Shown here one piece after another: positions 27,533 through 37,735 of a DNA stretch of 64,000 nt (within the stretch, counting starts at the first letter, position 1; the number at the start of each line of letters is the position of its first letter). Made by a program: the position numbers and the translations under genes. The notes under the pieces are model-generated. The model was given only the letters and a program-made list of their open reading frames with translations. It had not been told where the DNA came from and did not search any database. The DNA comes from an uncultured Candidatus Poseidoniales archaeon (lineage in GTDB: Archaea; Thermoplasmatota; Poseidoniia; Poseidoniales; CAYMED01): assembly GCA_964389655.1 (NCBI GenBank), contig CAYMED010000010.1, forward strand, positions 1-64,000. Reading direction: 5' to 3'.

Positions 27533-28717
27533 TCAAATTGACCGTGTGAAGGATTGGATTCCAGTGATGTGTCGACCAAGAATCAAGTTGTGGATATCAT
27601 GTGTCCCCTCATAGGTATAGACAGACTCGAGATTTGCCATATGCCGCATAATGGGATATTCATCCAAGATGCCATTGGCTCCATGGATGTCTCTAGCCAT
27701 ACGTGCAATTTGTAGGGCCATGTCAACATTGTTCATTTTTGCCAAAGAAACATGTTCAGGAATCCATTCACCGTCATCCATTTTTGTGCCCAAGTGCAGA
27801 GCGAGTAACTGCGCCTTGGTGATTTCACGAAGCATCCAAGCGAGTTTCATCTGAATGGTTTGATAGGCCGCAATCGGCTGGTCAAATTGAATGCGCTCAA
27901 GTGCGTATTTCTTAGCCGAGTCAAAGCATGATTGGGCAGCACCTATTGCTCCCCAAGCGATACCATAACGCGCTCGATTAAGGCATGAAAAAGGCCCACC
28001 TAGGCCTTTGGCATGAGGGAGCATTCGATCTTTTGGAATCCAACAGTCTTGGAATACAAGTTCACTTGTTACAGATGCTTTGAGTGAGTGCTTTCCAGTC
28101 ATTTCAGGAGCTGTGAAGCCCTCGTCCCCCTTTTCAACGATGAAGCCGCGAATCGTTCCGTCGAGTTTTGCCCAGACAATGGCCACATCTGCAATCGTTC
28201 CATTGGTAATCCACATCTTCGCTCCATTGAGGACATAACCATCCTTCTTCTCAACTGCCCGAGTAATCATGTCACCTGGGTTTGAGCCATAATCAGGTTC
28301 TGTCAAGCCAAAGCAGCCGATCCATTCGCCAGTTGCCATTTTTGGCAAATAGTGGTGCTTTTGTTCTTCCGTACCAAATGCATCAATGGGGTGCATAGAA
28401 AGAGAACCCTGTACACTACAAAAAGAACGAACGCCGCTATCACCACGTTCTAATTCTCGACAAACGACGCCATATTCAGTATAGGTCATCCCTGCACAAC
28501 CATACGTATCTGAAATTGTCATTCCGAGTACGCCCATTTGGCCTAATTCATCTCCCCACCCCGGAGGAAATACGCCCTCGCGACAGGCTTCTTCAACTTC
28601 TGGGATGATTCGGCCATCCACCCATTGACGAACGAGATCTCGCAGCATAATTCCCTCTTCAGATATGTGAGAATCAACGTCAAAAAAGTCGAGGGCGTCA
28701 TACTCAGAGGAGACCAT
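27533..28717 (-). CDS. gcdH: Glutaryl-CoA dehydrogenase-like acyl-CoA dehydrogenase
   Basis: ELERGDSGVRS..SVQGSL, CFGLTEPDYGSNP, GPFSCLNRARYGI, NLESVYTYEGTHDIH. Confidence 0.9.
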   Translation of the reverse strand: MVSSEYDALDFFDVDSHISEEGIMLRDLVRQWVDGRIIPEVEEACREGVFPPGWGDELGQMGVLGMTISDTYGCAGMTYTEYGVVCRELERGDSGVRSFCSVQGSLSMHPIDAFGTEEQKHHYLPKMATGEWIGCFGLTEPDYGSNPGDMITRAVEKKDGYVLNGAKMWITNGTIADVAIVWAKLDGTIRGFIVEKGDEGFTAPEMTGKHSLKASVTSELVFQDCWIPKDRMLPHAKGLGGPFSCLNRARYGIAWGAIGAAQSCFDSAKKYALERIQFDQPIAAYQTIQMKLAWMLREITKAQLLALHLGTKMDDGEWIPEHVSLAKMNNVDMALQIARMARDIHGANGILDEYPIMRHMANLESVYTYEGTHDIHNLILGRHITGIQSFTRSI

Positions 28718-28741
28718 GCAGCCTGCCGTCCTGAGTGAGCA

Positions 28742-30037
28742 TCATGAACGTTTTCGACGCCGGGGCCCTTCTGGTTCTGAATTTGAGGGTTTTTTTCCAC
28801 GTATGCGGCGACGCAAACGGATGTAGGCGCGTTGCAGCCAGGGGCTATTCATGAATATCAAGCCGAGGATGGTCCCTGGAACTGCAATAATGACGACTGC
28901 GAAAAGAACAAAATTCATTGGAGTCGAAGACTCAACCTCACCCTCTTTTCCGATTCTAGAGATATCGCCATCTGAAGAAATGACATAGCCAGATGATTCT
29001 TCTTGAAGCCATCCACCAATGAATCGGTCCCCCGCCAATTCAGGAACCGAGATGACATCTACACGTTCAAGGTGCGAATATACGCGCACTGAAGGGCCTG
29101 GTTCAGAAGCAGAAGTGCGATATTCTAGAATCTCACCCGACGACGTAATGCCCAGCAAATCTCCTTCAGGGGATTGGAGGAATTGCAGGACAGGGGCTTG
29201 ATCAGAAACAACTCGTTCAACTGCTCCCACAACCGTGTTTGCAAGATCTAAACTATCAATTTTGATTGCCGAATATGCAGCATCATTGCCCGCTGCAACG
29301 CAAACACCGCCATCGGTTGGGCATCCGATTGTAGTCCAGATTGTGGTCTTGGTAGTGCTAAGAAAGTGCATCTCCAATTCGCGTCCAACCGCAATAATAC
29401 CATCATTTTGGGTTGCTGCAAGACAGATGGATCGGACCGTATGGCAATCAATTGCGACAATATGTGACAAATTCCGGTTAAGAACTTGAATCGAGCCCTC
29501 AGCATAGGCAGCAAGTGTACCTTCACGGGTTCCAATAAGCGCAAAACCACCTGATGGGTCCCAAGATATTGCAGAAATAGAATTGGAAAGAAGGGCTCCA
29601 AAAGCACCATCTACAGCCTCAACGGTTCCATTTTCCGAAGAATAGCGTAGAAGTGTGGCATTCTCCCCACCAATCATCGCAGATTGAGCCGTCGGGTGCC
29701 ACCCTATCGAGAGAAGTTGCTCATTTCTAGGAGATGAAAGTGAACGTTGCTCAGTTTCTAAAGTCGGATTATCGCTTGACACGAGACGGATAAGCCCATT
29801 GGAGCCAACTACGAGGGCAGTAGATGATTTAGGTGCCTTGACCGCCGCTTCAAGACCAGGTGTTGGGGAACCGATATCCCCAACACGGTTAATTTCGATG
29901 AATGAGGCACTAGCGGGAATTGCAAGAGCGCAAAGGAGGAACGCGGCGACGGCCCCCGCGCAGATGCGAGTCATCGTCGGTTGCGCTGCAGGATCACACA
30001 TCACGCTTGCGCACGTAGAAGTGATGTTGCGAGACAT
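28742..30037 (-). CDS. Secreted beta-propeller protein with C-terminal membrane anchor
   Basis: Signal peptide (MTRICAG..., probable start near 29974), WD-like blades (IGWHPT, ISWDPSG), C-terminal TM and basic tail. Confidence 0.7.
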   Translation of the reverse strand: MSRNITSTCASVMCDPAAQPTMTRICAGAVAAFLLCALAIPASASFIEINRVGDIGSPTPGLEAAVKAPKSSTALVVGSNGLIRLVSSDNPTLETEQRSLSSPRNEQLLSIGWHPTAQSAMIGGENATLLRYSSENGTVEAVDGAFGALLSNSISAISWDPSGGFALIGTREGTLAAYAEGSIQVLNRNLSHIVAIDCHTVRSICLAATQNDGIIAVGRELEMHFLSTTKTTIWTTIGCPTDGGVCVAAGNDAAYSAIKIDSLDLANTVVGAVERVVSDQAPVLQFLQSPEGDLLGITSSGEILEYRTSASEPGPSVRVYSHLERVDVISVPELAGDRFIGGWLQEESSGYVISSDGDISRIGKEGEVESSTPMNFVLFAVVIIAVPGTILGLIFMNSPWLQRAYIRLRRRIRGKKPSNSEPEGPRRRKRS

Positions 30038-30067
30038 TCAAGTTGCGGCTTGACTCGGACCGATTTC

Positions 30068-30604
30068 ATGGAACTCTTTGATGTCGCACGTGGAAGGCGG
30101 AAGGAGACAAGCGGGAACGGCGGATTAGCAGGCCTATTGGGCGAAATATACGCTGGTTCTGCGGCATCAGTTGAAATTCTAAATGCGGATCCTGATAATG
30201 TGGTTCTATGTGACCCTGATTATCTTCCTCGAGTGCATGTGCATTACGATGCTCGCGGCCTTCTCGCTGTTGATGGTGAACAGATCAAACCGGATTTCAA
30301 CGATAAAGAAGCGATGCAGCGCGCCATGGCTTCCCGAGGACGTTGGACGGGTTTTCTAGACCAAGCAACGGGATACGATGCGAAAAAGCGCGGAGATAAA
30401 GCGAAAGAAAGAGTGAAAAGACGGGCAAAAGCAATGTCTAGAATCAATGAATGGAGAGGTTTTCTCGAAAAAATATCTGGGATAGATGACAAAGTCCGTG
30501 CTGATGGTGACGATTATGCGGCTCAAATTGAAGAAGCGCTTGCCGATGAAGACATTGGTACCGCACATCGATTTGCCGAAAAACTTGCCAAAATGATGGG
30601 GTGA
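30068..30604 (+). CDS. Conserved archaeal protein, DUF5611-like
   Basis: RWTGFLDQATGYDAKKR resembles the DUF5611 FL..ATGY.AK.R motif; start at ATG 30068. Confidence 0.6.
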   Translation: MELFDVARGRRKETSGNGGLAGLLGEIYAGSAASVEILNADPDNVVLCDPDYLPRVHVHYDARGLLAVDGEQIKPDFNDKEAMQRAMASRGRWTGFLDQATGYDAKKRGDKAKERVKRRAKAMSRINEWRGFLEKISGIDDKVRADGDDYAAQIEEALADEDIGTAHRFAEKLAKMMG

Positions 30605-30610
30605 AGTGCT

Positions 30611-31714
30611 GTGGAGACATCCAGCTCAAAGGATGTCCAATCAAGATTAGACCTAATCATTGATGGAACCGCTGAAGTTGTAGGCAAGGATTTGCTAGAA
30701 GCACAACTCAAGGAAGGTTCCGGGCGCCTAGGTGGGCCTATTCGTGCCTATATTGGATTTGAGCCAAGTGGTAAAGCGCATATAGGCTGGTTAGTATTGG
30801 CTGATCAAATGCGGCGAATGCTCGATGCGGAGTTACATCTCACAATCCTGCTCGCAGATTGGCATGCTTGGATCAATGACAAATTTGGAGGTGACCTAGA
30901 TGCAATTGCGACGACCTCTGAATATATGGAAACAGTCTTCCGAACACTGCTGTTGAATCCATCTGAGGGAGAAGGACCCGGAGAAATCACATTCATTCGG
31001 GCGAGTGAGTTGGTTGATAATGCCGAGTATTGGGCACAGTTCATCCATCACATGAAGGGCACCAGTCTTGCCCGCATTCGGAAGGCATTCACTATCATGG
31101 GCAGAGATGGAGATGCGGCTGAGCAGGATGCTGCAAAATATCTCTACCCTGCGATGCAGGCTACTGATATCCATGCATTGGGCATAGATGTCGCCTTGGG
31201 AGGAATGGATCAAAGAAAGGCACACATGTACATGCGAGATGTAGCCGAACGCCTCGATCTCCCAAAGGCGACATGCATACACATGCCCATGCTCCCTGGT
31301 CTAAAATCATCAACGGGACGAATGGATGCATCTCATTTCGGCGGGAAAATGTCAAAATCAGACCCAAATGGAGCAATATTACTTCACGATGGGCGTGGTA
31401 AGTTGCGCAAGAAATTACGTGGGGCTTGGCTTGATCCTGCTGAAAGTGAGTCGCCAGTTCATGAAATTGTGAAGCACCTTGTTCTCAATCAACAGGATCA
31501 ATTTAGGGTTGACCGTGCCGAAGAGCATGGGGGCCCACTCTCTATTTCTAGCCTTGATGAAGCAAGAGAACTGCTTGCTTCAGAGAAACTTCATCCATTG
31601 GATTACAAGCAAGCGATTGCAGACCTAATTGCGACCCGCCTGCAACCAATACATGACGCATTTGAGAAAAGTCCAGACCAATTGAGAGCTGTTGAACGGC
31701 TCTTAAACCGCTGA
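30611..31714 (+). CDS. tyrS: Tyrosine--tRNA ligase (archaeal type)
   Basis: YIGFEPSGKAHIG, LADWHAWIND, YPAMQATD, GGMDQRKAH, KMSKS, LHPLDYK. Confidence 0.96.
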   Translation: METSSSKDVQSRLDLIIDGTAEVVGKDLLEAQLKEGSGRLGGPIRAYIGFEPSGKAHIGWLVLADQMRRMLDAELHLTILLADWHAWINDKFGGDLDAIATTSEYMETVFRTLLLNPSEGEGPGEITFIRASELVDNAEYWAQFIHHMKGTSLARIRKAFTIMGRDGDAAEQDAAKYLYPAMQATDIHALGIDVALGGMDQRKAHMYMRDVAERLDLPKATCIHMPMLPGLKSSTGRMDASHFGGKMSKSDPNGAILLHDGRGKLRKKLRGAWLDPAESESPVHEIVKHLVLNQQDQFRVDRAEEHGGPLSISSLDEARELLASEKLHPLDYKQAIADLIATRLQPIHDAFEKSPDQLRAVERLLNR

Positions 31715-31715
31715 A

Positions 31716-32156
31716 TTAGTCTTCAAACAATTCATCGAGTGCATCCATGTACTCATCAGACTCGAGGAGACCTTCTTCAGGAGGTCCATCATGTGGTTTG
31801 AGGATCATTAACCATCCATCACCATAGGGGTCATCATTGACGATTTCTGGATTATTGACTACTTCTCCATTTACTTCAACCACATCAGCACTAAATGGTG
31901 CTGCAAAGGTGATTTTATCTTTAGATGAGATGATTGCAATTAAGTCATCTCCGGTCTCAACTTTCCAATGAGCATCCGTATCAGTTTCATTTTGGGAGGA
32001 GTTTGGCATATCAATTCTCAAGATCTCACCCAATTCTGCCTGAAGGAAATCAGAGATGCCAATCGTATAGCGGTCCTCTATTTTCAGGAACCATATATGG
32101 TCTAAAGAGTAATATCGTCCAGTATCAATTCGAAATTCGATCACATCATCAGCCAT
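31716..32156 (-). CDS. gcvH: Glycine cleavage system H-like lipoyl carrier protein
   Basis: YSLDHIW, IGISDFLQAELG, SSK lipoyl lysine, VNDDPYGDGWL. Start moved to ATG 32156. Confidence 0.85.
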   Translation of the reverse strand: MADDVIEFRIDTGRYYSLDHIWFLKIEDRYTIGISDFLQAELGEILRIDMPNSSQNETDTDAHWKVETGDDLIAIISSKDKITFAAPFSADVVEVNGEVVNNPEIVNDDPYGDGWLMILKPHDGPPEEGLLESDEYMDALDELFED

Positions 32157-32272
32157 TGCACTCCCCGGTGGGCGGATTCGGGTATCCTTCTTGAATAAAT
32201 CGCAGGCCAAAAGAGGGTCACGAGCAATAGGGCTATTCAAGGGTTGATGCCCCTTCGCCCCTTTGAGAGCCC

Positions 32273-33448
32273 ATGGACTTCGAAGAGACCGAAGAGCAAG
32301 GCATGATTCGTGAATTAGTGCGCGACTTTGCTGAAAGCGTTCTGAAACCTACCTTGTTGGAGCGCGACCGGGCACAAGAACCACCTCTTGACGAGTGGAA
32401 GGAATTCACTGAATTGGGCCTCCAATGCTGCACAATACCCGAAGAATATGGGGGTGTTCCTCTCGATGACATCTCTGAAGCGATTATTGTAGAAGAATTG
32501 TCACGCGTGGACCCCTCATTCGGTGTTTTTTTCTGCGTACATGTAGGCCTATGCTCAATGACAATTGCACTGCATGGAAATGAAACACAGAAAGCAAAGT
32601 ACCTGCCAATGTTGGCAAGTGGCAAAGTTGGCGCATATTCGCTCTCCGAGGCTGGAGCGGGGACAGATGCGGCCGCAATGTCTTGCAAAGCGAAACTTTC
32701 TGAGGATGGAAGACACTACATTCTTGATGGGGAAAAAATGTGGGTGACCAATGGAGCAAGTGCAGAGATATTCGTTCTATTTGCCAAAGATGTTGACCAT
32801 CCGGATTACGGAAATAAGCGGCATGGTGGAACGACTGCATTCATCATTGAGAAATCATTTGAGGGATTTACTGTTGGCAAGAAAGAGGACAAGCTGGGCA
32901 TTCGAAGCAGTGATACATGTACACTTGTTCTTGAAAAGTGCAAGGTGCCGGTGGAGAATATCCTAAAAGATGCTGGAAAAGGATTCCCAATTGCGATGAA
33001 TGCATTAGATAATTCTAGAATTGGAATCGCAGCACAAGCACTGGGCATTGCTCAAGGTGCTTTTGAATCAGCACTCCATTATGCACATGAGAGAGAAGCA
33101 TTCGGCAAACCACTTGCACATCATCAAACAATAGGCAACTACCTAGCAGACATGGCAACACAAATCGATGCTGCGCGTATGATGGTATATCGAGCTGCTT
33201 GGGCAAAACAACGCCATTACGAAAGCGGGGCGCGTCGTCACTCGAAGGAGGCAAGCATGGCAAAATTATTCGCCGGGGATACTGCGATGTGGGTTGCAGA
33301 AAGAGCCGTACAAATTCTTGGAGGATATGGTTACACAACTGATTTCCCCGTTGAACGATTTTTCAGAGATGCAAAAATAACTCAAATCTATGAGGGTACT
33401 CAAGAAGTACAACGCATTGTCATTAATCGCGCGATCACCCCAAACTGA
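32273..33448 (+). CDS. Acyl-CoA dehydrogenase (short/branched-chain type)
   Basis: YSLSEAGAGTD, GEKMWVTNG, KLGIRSS, RIGIAAQALG, GGYGY, RDAKITQIYEGT. Confidence 0.93.
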   Translation: MDFEETEEQGMIRELVRDFAESVLKPTLLERDRAQEPPLDEWKEFTELGLQCCTIPEEYGGVPLDDISEAIIVEELSRVDPSFGVFFCVHVGLCSMTIALHGNETQKAKYLPMLASGKVGAYSLSEAGAGTDAAAMSCKAKLSEDGRHYILDGEKMWVTNGASAEIFVLFAKDVDHPDYGNKRHGGTTAFIIEKSFEGFTVGKKEDKLGIRSSDTCTLVLEKCKVPVENILKDAGKGFPIAMNALDNSRIGIAAQALGIAQGAFESALHYAHEREAFGKPLAHHQTIGNYLADMATQIDAARMMVYRAAWAKQRHYESGARRHSKEASMAKLFAGDTAMWVAERAVQILGGYGYTTDFPVERFFRDAKITQIYEGTQEVQRIVINRAITPN

Positions 33449-34843
33449 TCAAGGCCATTTGAGGGAGTCTAGAGAACTAGCATCATTCAAGTCAAGTTGA
33501 TCTAGATAAGCAAGTACTTCAGATGATTTACAGAGGTCTTGCTCAACTTGTATGCGGTATAAATGGGATTTCAACTGACCAAGTTCTTTGCCTTGTTCCA
33601 GATCTGTGCGGTCCATGATTATGCGGCCATTGATGAGTGGATCATGATGATGTGGCCGTATTAATTCCCCATTTGCCAAAGATGAGAGGTGTTCTGAAGT
33701 GGCTTCATCGCCTCGAACAATCGCAAGTGCAACTTGTACTCGAAGAATCATGTCTGTATGTGGGGCAGTGACAACAGAAAATCTTCGCTGGTCTTCTATA
33801 CCCGGGCCAGGTGGGTGCGGAACCCATCGGTGCATTCGCTGCAATATCTCGAGCGATCGATTTGAAAGTCGCATTGAACGTGCCCAGGCGCGCAGTTGCT
33901 CTGTTTCGCAATTCGATAGCAAAAGAAAAAGTCGAATGATGCTTCGAAGAGGAGTACCTGTTTGAGGTAAAGGATCATCAGCGTGTGAATACGCTTCTAC
34001 GGCACCGATCATACATGGATCTAGAACATTTGAATCGCCTATGCAATTCAGCACTCCATATTTTGACATAATTCTGAGCACATCCCCAACCCGTTCTCCA
34101 TCAAGTATGCGACGGAATTCGGACCAAATTCGCTCTGGAGATACCGGTGAAAGCCTCTCGAGCCCAGACCTTATGGCATCACCAAGTTCAGGAGACAAAT
34201 GCCGCATACCGCTCTTGGTGTCGAGATAACGGAATGCACGAAGAATGCGCAAGCCATCTTCACCTAGGCGATCTTTCGCAACACCTACGGTCTTGACCAC
34301 ACCGGACTGAAGGTCGGATAGGCCTTGATGAGGATCATAGAACAGACCCCTCACGGGATCTACCGCCATCGAATTTATCGTGAAATCACGCCGAGATAAG
34401 TCTCCCTTAAGTGAATGGATAAAATCTACCGAATCTGGCCGGCGGCCATCAGTATAACCGCTCTCACCACGCAGGGTAGTGGCTTCATAGCCGTGCGAAT
34501 TTGGCCCACCATTTACTCGTAAAGTGATTGTTCCATAATCCGCTCCTGTGCTTAGTGCAAATTCATCAAACAGTTCAAGCATCTCTCTAGGTGTAGAAGT
34601 TACTGCCAAATCAACTTCAAGGTTTGAGAAGTCAATTTCGCCATCGGTTGAAAACACATCACGAATGCACCCACCTACAATCCAAACACCATGGTTATCT
34701 GCGACCAAGGTTTCAACGACCTTTACCAAATCCGGTTGGTGGATGGAAAGTTCTTCAAGGGCATCCAAAAGGAGTTTGTAAGAATGTACTGACTCACCCT
34801 TGAGATCGGCTTCATGGCCCGGCTCAAAATCTGAGAATTTCAT
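33449..34843 (-). CDS. cca: Class II (bacterial-type) CCA tRNA nucleotidyltransferase / poly(A) polymerase family
   Basis: VGGCIRD..EVD, E.TTLR, DLSRRDFTINSMA, EDGLRILRAFR, SPERIWSE. Confidence 0.85.
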   Translation of the reverse strand: MKFSDFEPGHEADLKGESVHSYKLLLDALEELSIHQPDLVKVVETLVADNHGVWIVGGCIRDVFSTDGEIDFSNLEVDLAVTSTPREMLELFDEFALSTGADYGTITLRVNGGPNSHGYEATTLRGESGYTDGRRPDSVDFIHSLKGDLSRRDFTINSMAVDPVRGLFYDPHQGLSDLQSGVVKTVGVAKDRLGEDGLRILRAFRYLDTKSGMRHLSPELGDAIRSGLERLSPVSPERIWSEFRRILDGERVGDVLRIMSKYGVLNCIGDSNVLDPCMIGAVEAYSHADDPLPQTGTPLRSIIRLFLLLSNCETEQLRAWARSMRLSNRSLEILQRMHRWVPHPPGPGIEDQRRFSVVTAPHTDMILRVQVALAIVRGDEATSEHLSSLANGELIRPHHHDPLINGRIIMDRTDLEQGKELGQLKSHLYRIQVEQDLCKSSEVLAYLDQLDLNDASSLDSLKWP

Positions 34844-34856
34844 TTTGAATTGCCAC

Positions 34857-36671
34857 CTAAACCTTTTTTGAATGAGACATGGAATTCCAAACCGATGTTG
34901 GGGCGAGTTTGAATTTTAGATTCTTTTCTGGCCCAATACACGGATCTATAGACAATTCCCTGAGGATCCCGTGGCGTGCTACAAGTATACGTGCATGGCC
35001 TGTCAAGGATTCAAGCAGTGAAGACAATGAACGGGAATTGCGTATGCGCTCGCCATTGACTGCGATAATCTCGTCACCGACTTCAAGAATACCTCGCGCT
35101 GGACCAAGAGGTGCGAGGCGACGAATCCGGAGGTCAGATGGCCGATCATGAATTTCCACTCCAATCCAGCCATTCTTTACTTCAGCCTCTTTGTGATTTG
35201 TGTCTCTGTGAATCCCTAACACGCGCAGAGTTGTTTCTAGAGGAGGTCTATTTGCAGATTCAAAGTGCTCATTAATCCATCTTCCTAAACGGCATCCAGT
35301 TGCATCTCGGAGGACTTTGAGAATACGTGAGCGAGAAAGGCCCAATTCTTCAGAAGCACCCCATCCATGTCGTTTTACTGCTAAAGCAACAGCATCATCT
35401 AACCCCTTTATGCCCTTTGTCCGGCGGCGAATTTCAACGTCTAAAGCGAGTGCTGCCAATTCAGCTTCAAGGTAATATGACACACGTGCCTCCCGATTCG
35501 AGGCGTCTGGCCGATACGTCTGGCTCCAAGCACGGTGTCCTGCTTCTGCGACGGATTGATGGCTCGACCCCGTACCTGCAAGATGACGGGCCACCTTTTT
35601 CCCAAGCCATTTGAGCCATGTCTCTTGATCCCAAAGACCCGAACGGAGACAGAAGTGATCCCCAATCCAACTTGTAATGCCCTCAAACCACCAAAGGAGG
35701 GGTTCATGAACCTCAATTTCGAGGTCCATTGGGTCAAAGGATGTTGGACGCAGCTGCTTGACATTCCACAGATGAACAAGTTCGTGGGAAAGTAGGCCCC
35801 AAAGGTCCTCTCGCTCATCGGAAGCGGCATCTTGGAGGCATTTTCTAGGCATCATTGAGACTTGGCCCCAACGGTGTTCCAGCCCACCTCTTGGCCCATC
35901 TGTAAGCAATAAGAGTAGGGCATAGGGACCCTCGCCTGTCGGCCCAAGAGTCGCTTCTGTTTCACCCAATAAGCGCTCAAATCCGTCGGCTACAAGTTCG
36001 AGGGAACCCTCTGGAAGAGGCCAAGCGCCGATGTCAGAAATTCGCAGCTTCAATTCCAATCCACCGCACTGGCGGCTCAATACAGGGGCTGCACTAACCT
36101 CAAGGGGAGAATCCATCCATGCATCGAGCCCCTGTATGGAAAGAGTTGAAACTGCAACATTACCATCTTCTTTCCGAGATTCGAGAGTTAACGCACTGTG
36201 GACGCTCCATTCAATAGGATGGCGAACATGAACTCGCACGTGAGTTCGATCTGATCGATCAAGGAGGGCTCGATCTGGTAGAAACCATGTGCAAGGAGGG
36301 GAAATGAAGACATGATCAGATGATGCATGATTTGTTCGTACACTTACCTCATTTGCGATCATAGTCCAAGAGATACGCATTCGTTCAGACACACCAATAT
36401 CCGACCGGCGTATAGACAGGCGATTTGATCCCACTAACTTGCATGAGATCGGAATGGAGGCTGGACTCCAAGCAGGTACCGAGAGATCGGTTGATGCTCT
36501 GAAGTCGTGAGCATGCCGAATAGGATCTCGAATAGAATAAGATCCGGGAACCCATCTTGCAAATGCAAAATTCAAGGGCCCTGATTTCGGAATTGCCGCA
36601 TCTAGGGACACATGAAGGCGGTGATCGGAAGCATGCAAAACATCAATCCACGCGTCTATGCCTTCAGACAT
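34857..36671 (-). CDS. M61 family glycyl aminopeptidase with PDZ domain
   Basis: WVPGSY, GGLEH, HELVHLWNVK.LRP, LWWFEGITS, SYY; C-terminal PDZ (GDEIIAVNG). Confidence 0.9.
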   Translation of the reverse strand: MSEGIDAWIDVLHASDHRLHVSLDAAIPKSGPLNFAFARWVPGSYSIRDPIRHAHDFRASTDLSVPAWSPASIPISCKLVGSNRLSIRRSDIGVSERMRISWTMIANEVSVRTNHASSDHVFISPPCTWFLPDRALLDRSDRTHVRVHVRHPIEWSVHSALTLESRKEDGNVAVSTLSIQGLDAWMDSPLEVSAAPVLSRQCGGLELKLRISDIGAWPLPEGSLELVADGFERLLGETEATLGPTGEGPYALLLLLTDGPRGGLEHRWGQVSMMPRKCLQDAASDEREDLWGLLSHELVHLWNVKQLRPTSFDPMDLEIEVHEPLLWWFEGITSWIGDHFCLRSGLWDQETWLKWLGKKVARHLAGTGSSHQSVAEAGHRAWSQTYRPDASNREARVSYYLEAELAALALDVEIRRRTKGIKGLDDAVALAVKRHGWGASEELGLSRSRILKVLRDATGCRLGRWINEHFESANRPPLETTLRVLGIHRDTNHKEAEVKNGWIGVEIHDRPSDLRIRRLAPLGPARGILEVGDEIIAVNGERIRNSRSLSSLLESLTGHARILVARHGILRELSIDPCIGPEKNLKFKLAPTSVWNSMSHSKKV

Positions 36672-36804
36672 ACGATCTCCACATCGAGCCCAGGTTGTCC
36701 ATCCTATAACTAATCGGAAGCCATAAGTCTAGCAATTACTGCAAATTAGGCGTTTGCGAAATTAAAAGGATATGAATCATCAGCAATACCGATCAAGCGA
36801 ATGA

Positions 36805-37020
36805 TTATCGGAAAATTTTGGCAAGGAATTCGCCAAAAATCATCGAATTCGCCAAAATTATGTATAAAACTTGACTGAAAATATATGTTTTAGGCGCTTC
36901 TTCTTTGGTCATCCACCCCTTGCCCTTCACATGTGTGCCTCCTTTAGCAAAGCAAAATCCAACATAGATCAACAAAACTAGACCTACAGCAGGACCAAGG
37001 AGAGACATGGGTTCAGCCAT
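36805..37020 (-). CDS. Small hypothetical membrane protein (2 TM)
   Basis: MAEPMSLLG...KGGTHVKGKGW.TKEEAPKTY...; two hydrophobic helices. Confidence 0.55.
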   Translation of the reverse strand: MAEPMSLLGPAVGLVLLIYVGFCFAKGGTHVKGKGWMTKEEAPKTYIFSQVLYIILANSMIFGEFLAKIFR

Positions 37021-37097
37021 GTTTGGTGATGGGAGTAGCACTTATCGGCATATCGCTTTATCATCCCAACTATAAGGGGAGTTGTTTTAGAAACCAT

Positions 37098-37637
37098 ATG
37101 GAGCAGAAAATCGTAGGAGATGGCCAGATTATTTCTGCTGAGTTTGACAAAAATATGATCATCTACTCATGGATTATGACAAATTTAGTTTTGCTCATCA
37201 CAGTGATTGGGATTATTGCAATGTTATTTTGGGTGCCGTTTGGGTGGTTCATTCACAAGAAACAACTCGAAAATTCATCATGTATATTGACCGAACGTGG
37301 TATAAAAATACGAAAGGGATGGATTTTCAAAGCCCAGCAGAACATACCCTTAGACAAGCTAACTGACATATCCATACATGAAGGACCAGTACTCAACCTC
37401 TTCGGAATTGTCAAAATATCGATCGAAACCGCGGGCGCAGTACCATTCCATCTAATTGGCCTCAAGAAATCTACCACTTCTTATTTCCGAGATATCGTCA
37501 TGAAACAACGAGATTCTCTAACTGCTTTGCCAGCACTCCAGAGTACGAATGGACGGGACTCGGAATCCAACGAGATTCTTGTCGAAATCAGGGATATTCT
37601 TCAACAGATCAACACAAACCTCGCGAACAAGGAATAG
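37098..37637 (+). CDS. Bacterial PH-domain (bPH_2, YdbS-like) membrane protein
   Basis: TM hairpin then LTERGIKIRKGWIF..QNIPLDKLTDI..EGP...FGI..I.IETAG; start at ATG 37098. Confidence 0.8.
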   Translation: MEQKIVGDGQIISAEFDKNMIIYSWIMTNLVLLITVIGIIAMLFWVPFGWFIHKKQLENSSCILTERGIKIRKGWIFKAQQNIPLDKLTDISIHEGPVLNLFGIVKISIETAGAVPFHLIGLKKSTTSYFRDIVMKQRDSLTALPALQSTNGRDSESNEILVEIRDILQQINTNLANKE

Positions 37638-37735
37638 GAAGACGAGATTAGGCTAACTTGTCCTGCAACCACGAGAAATGAGGGATTTCAGGGGTTTCTA
37701 GCAACGTATTTCTGAAAAGATAATTATGTGCTCAA

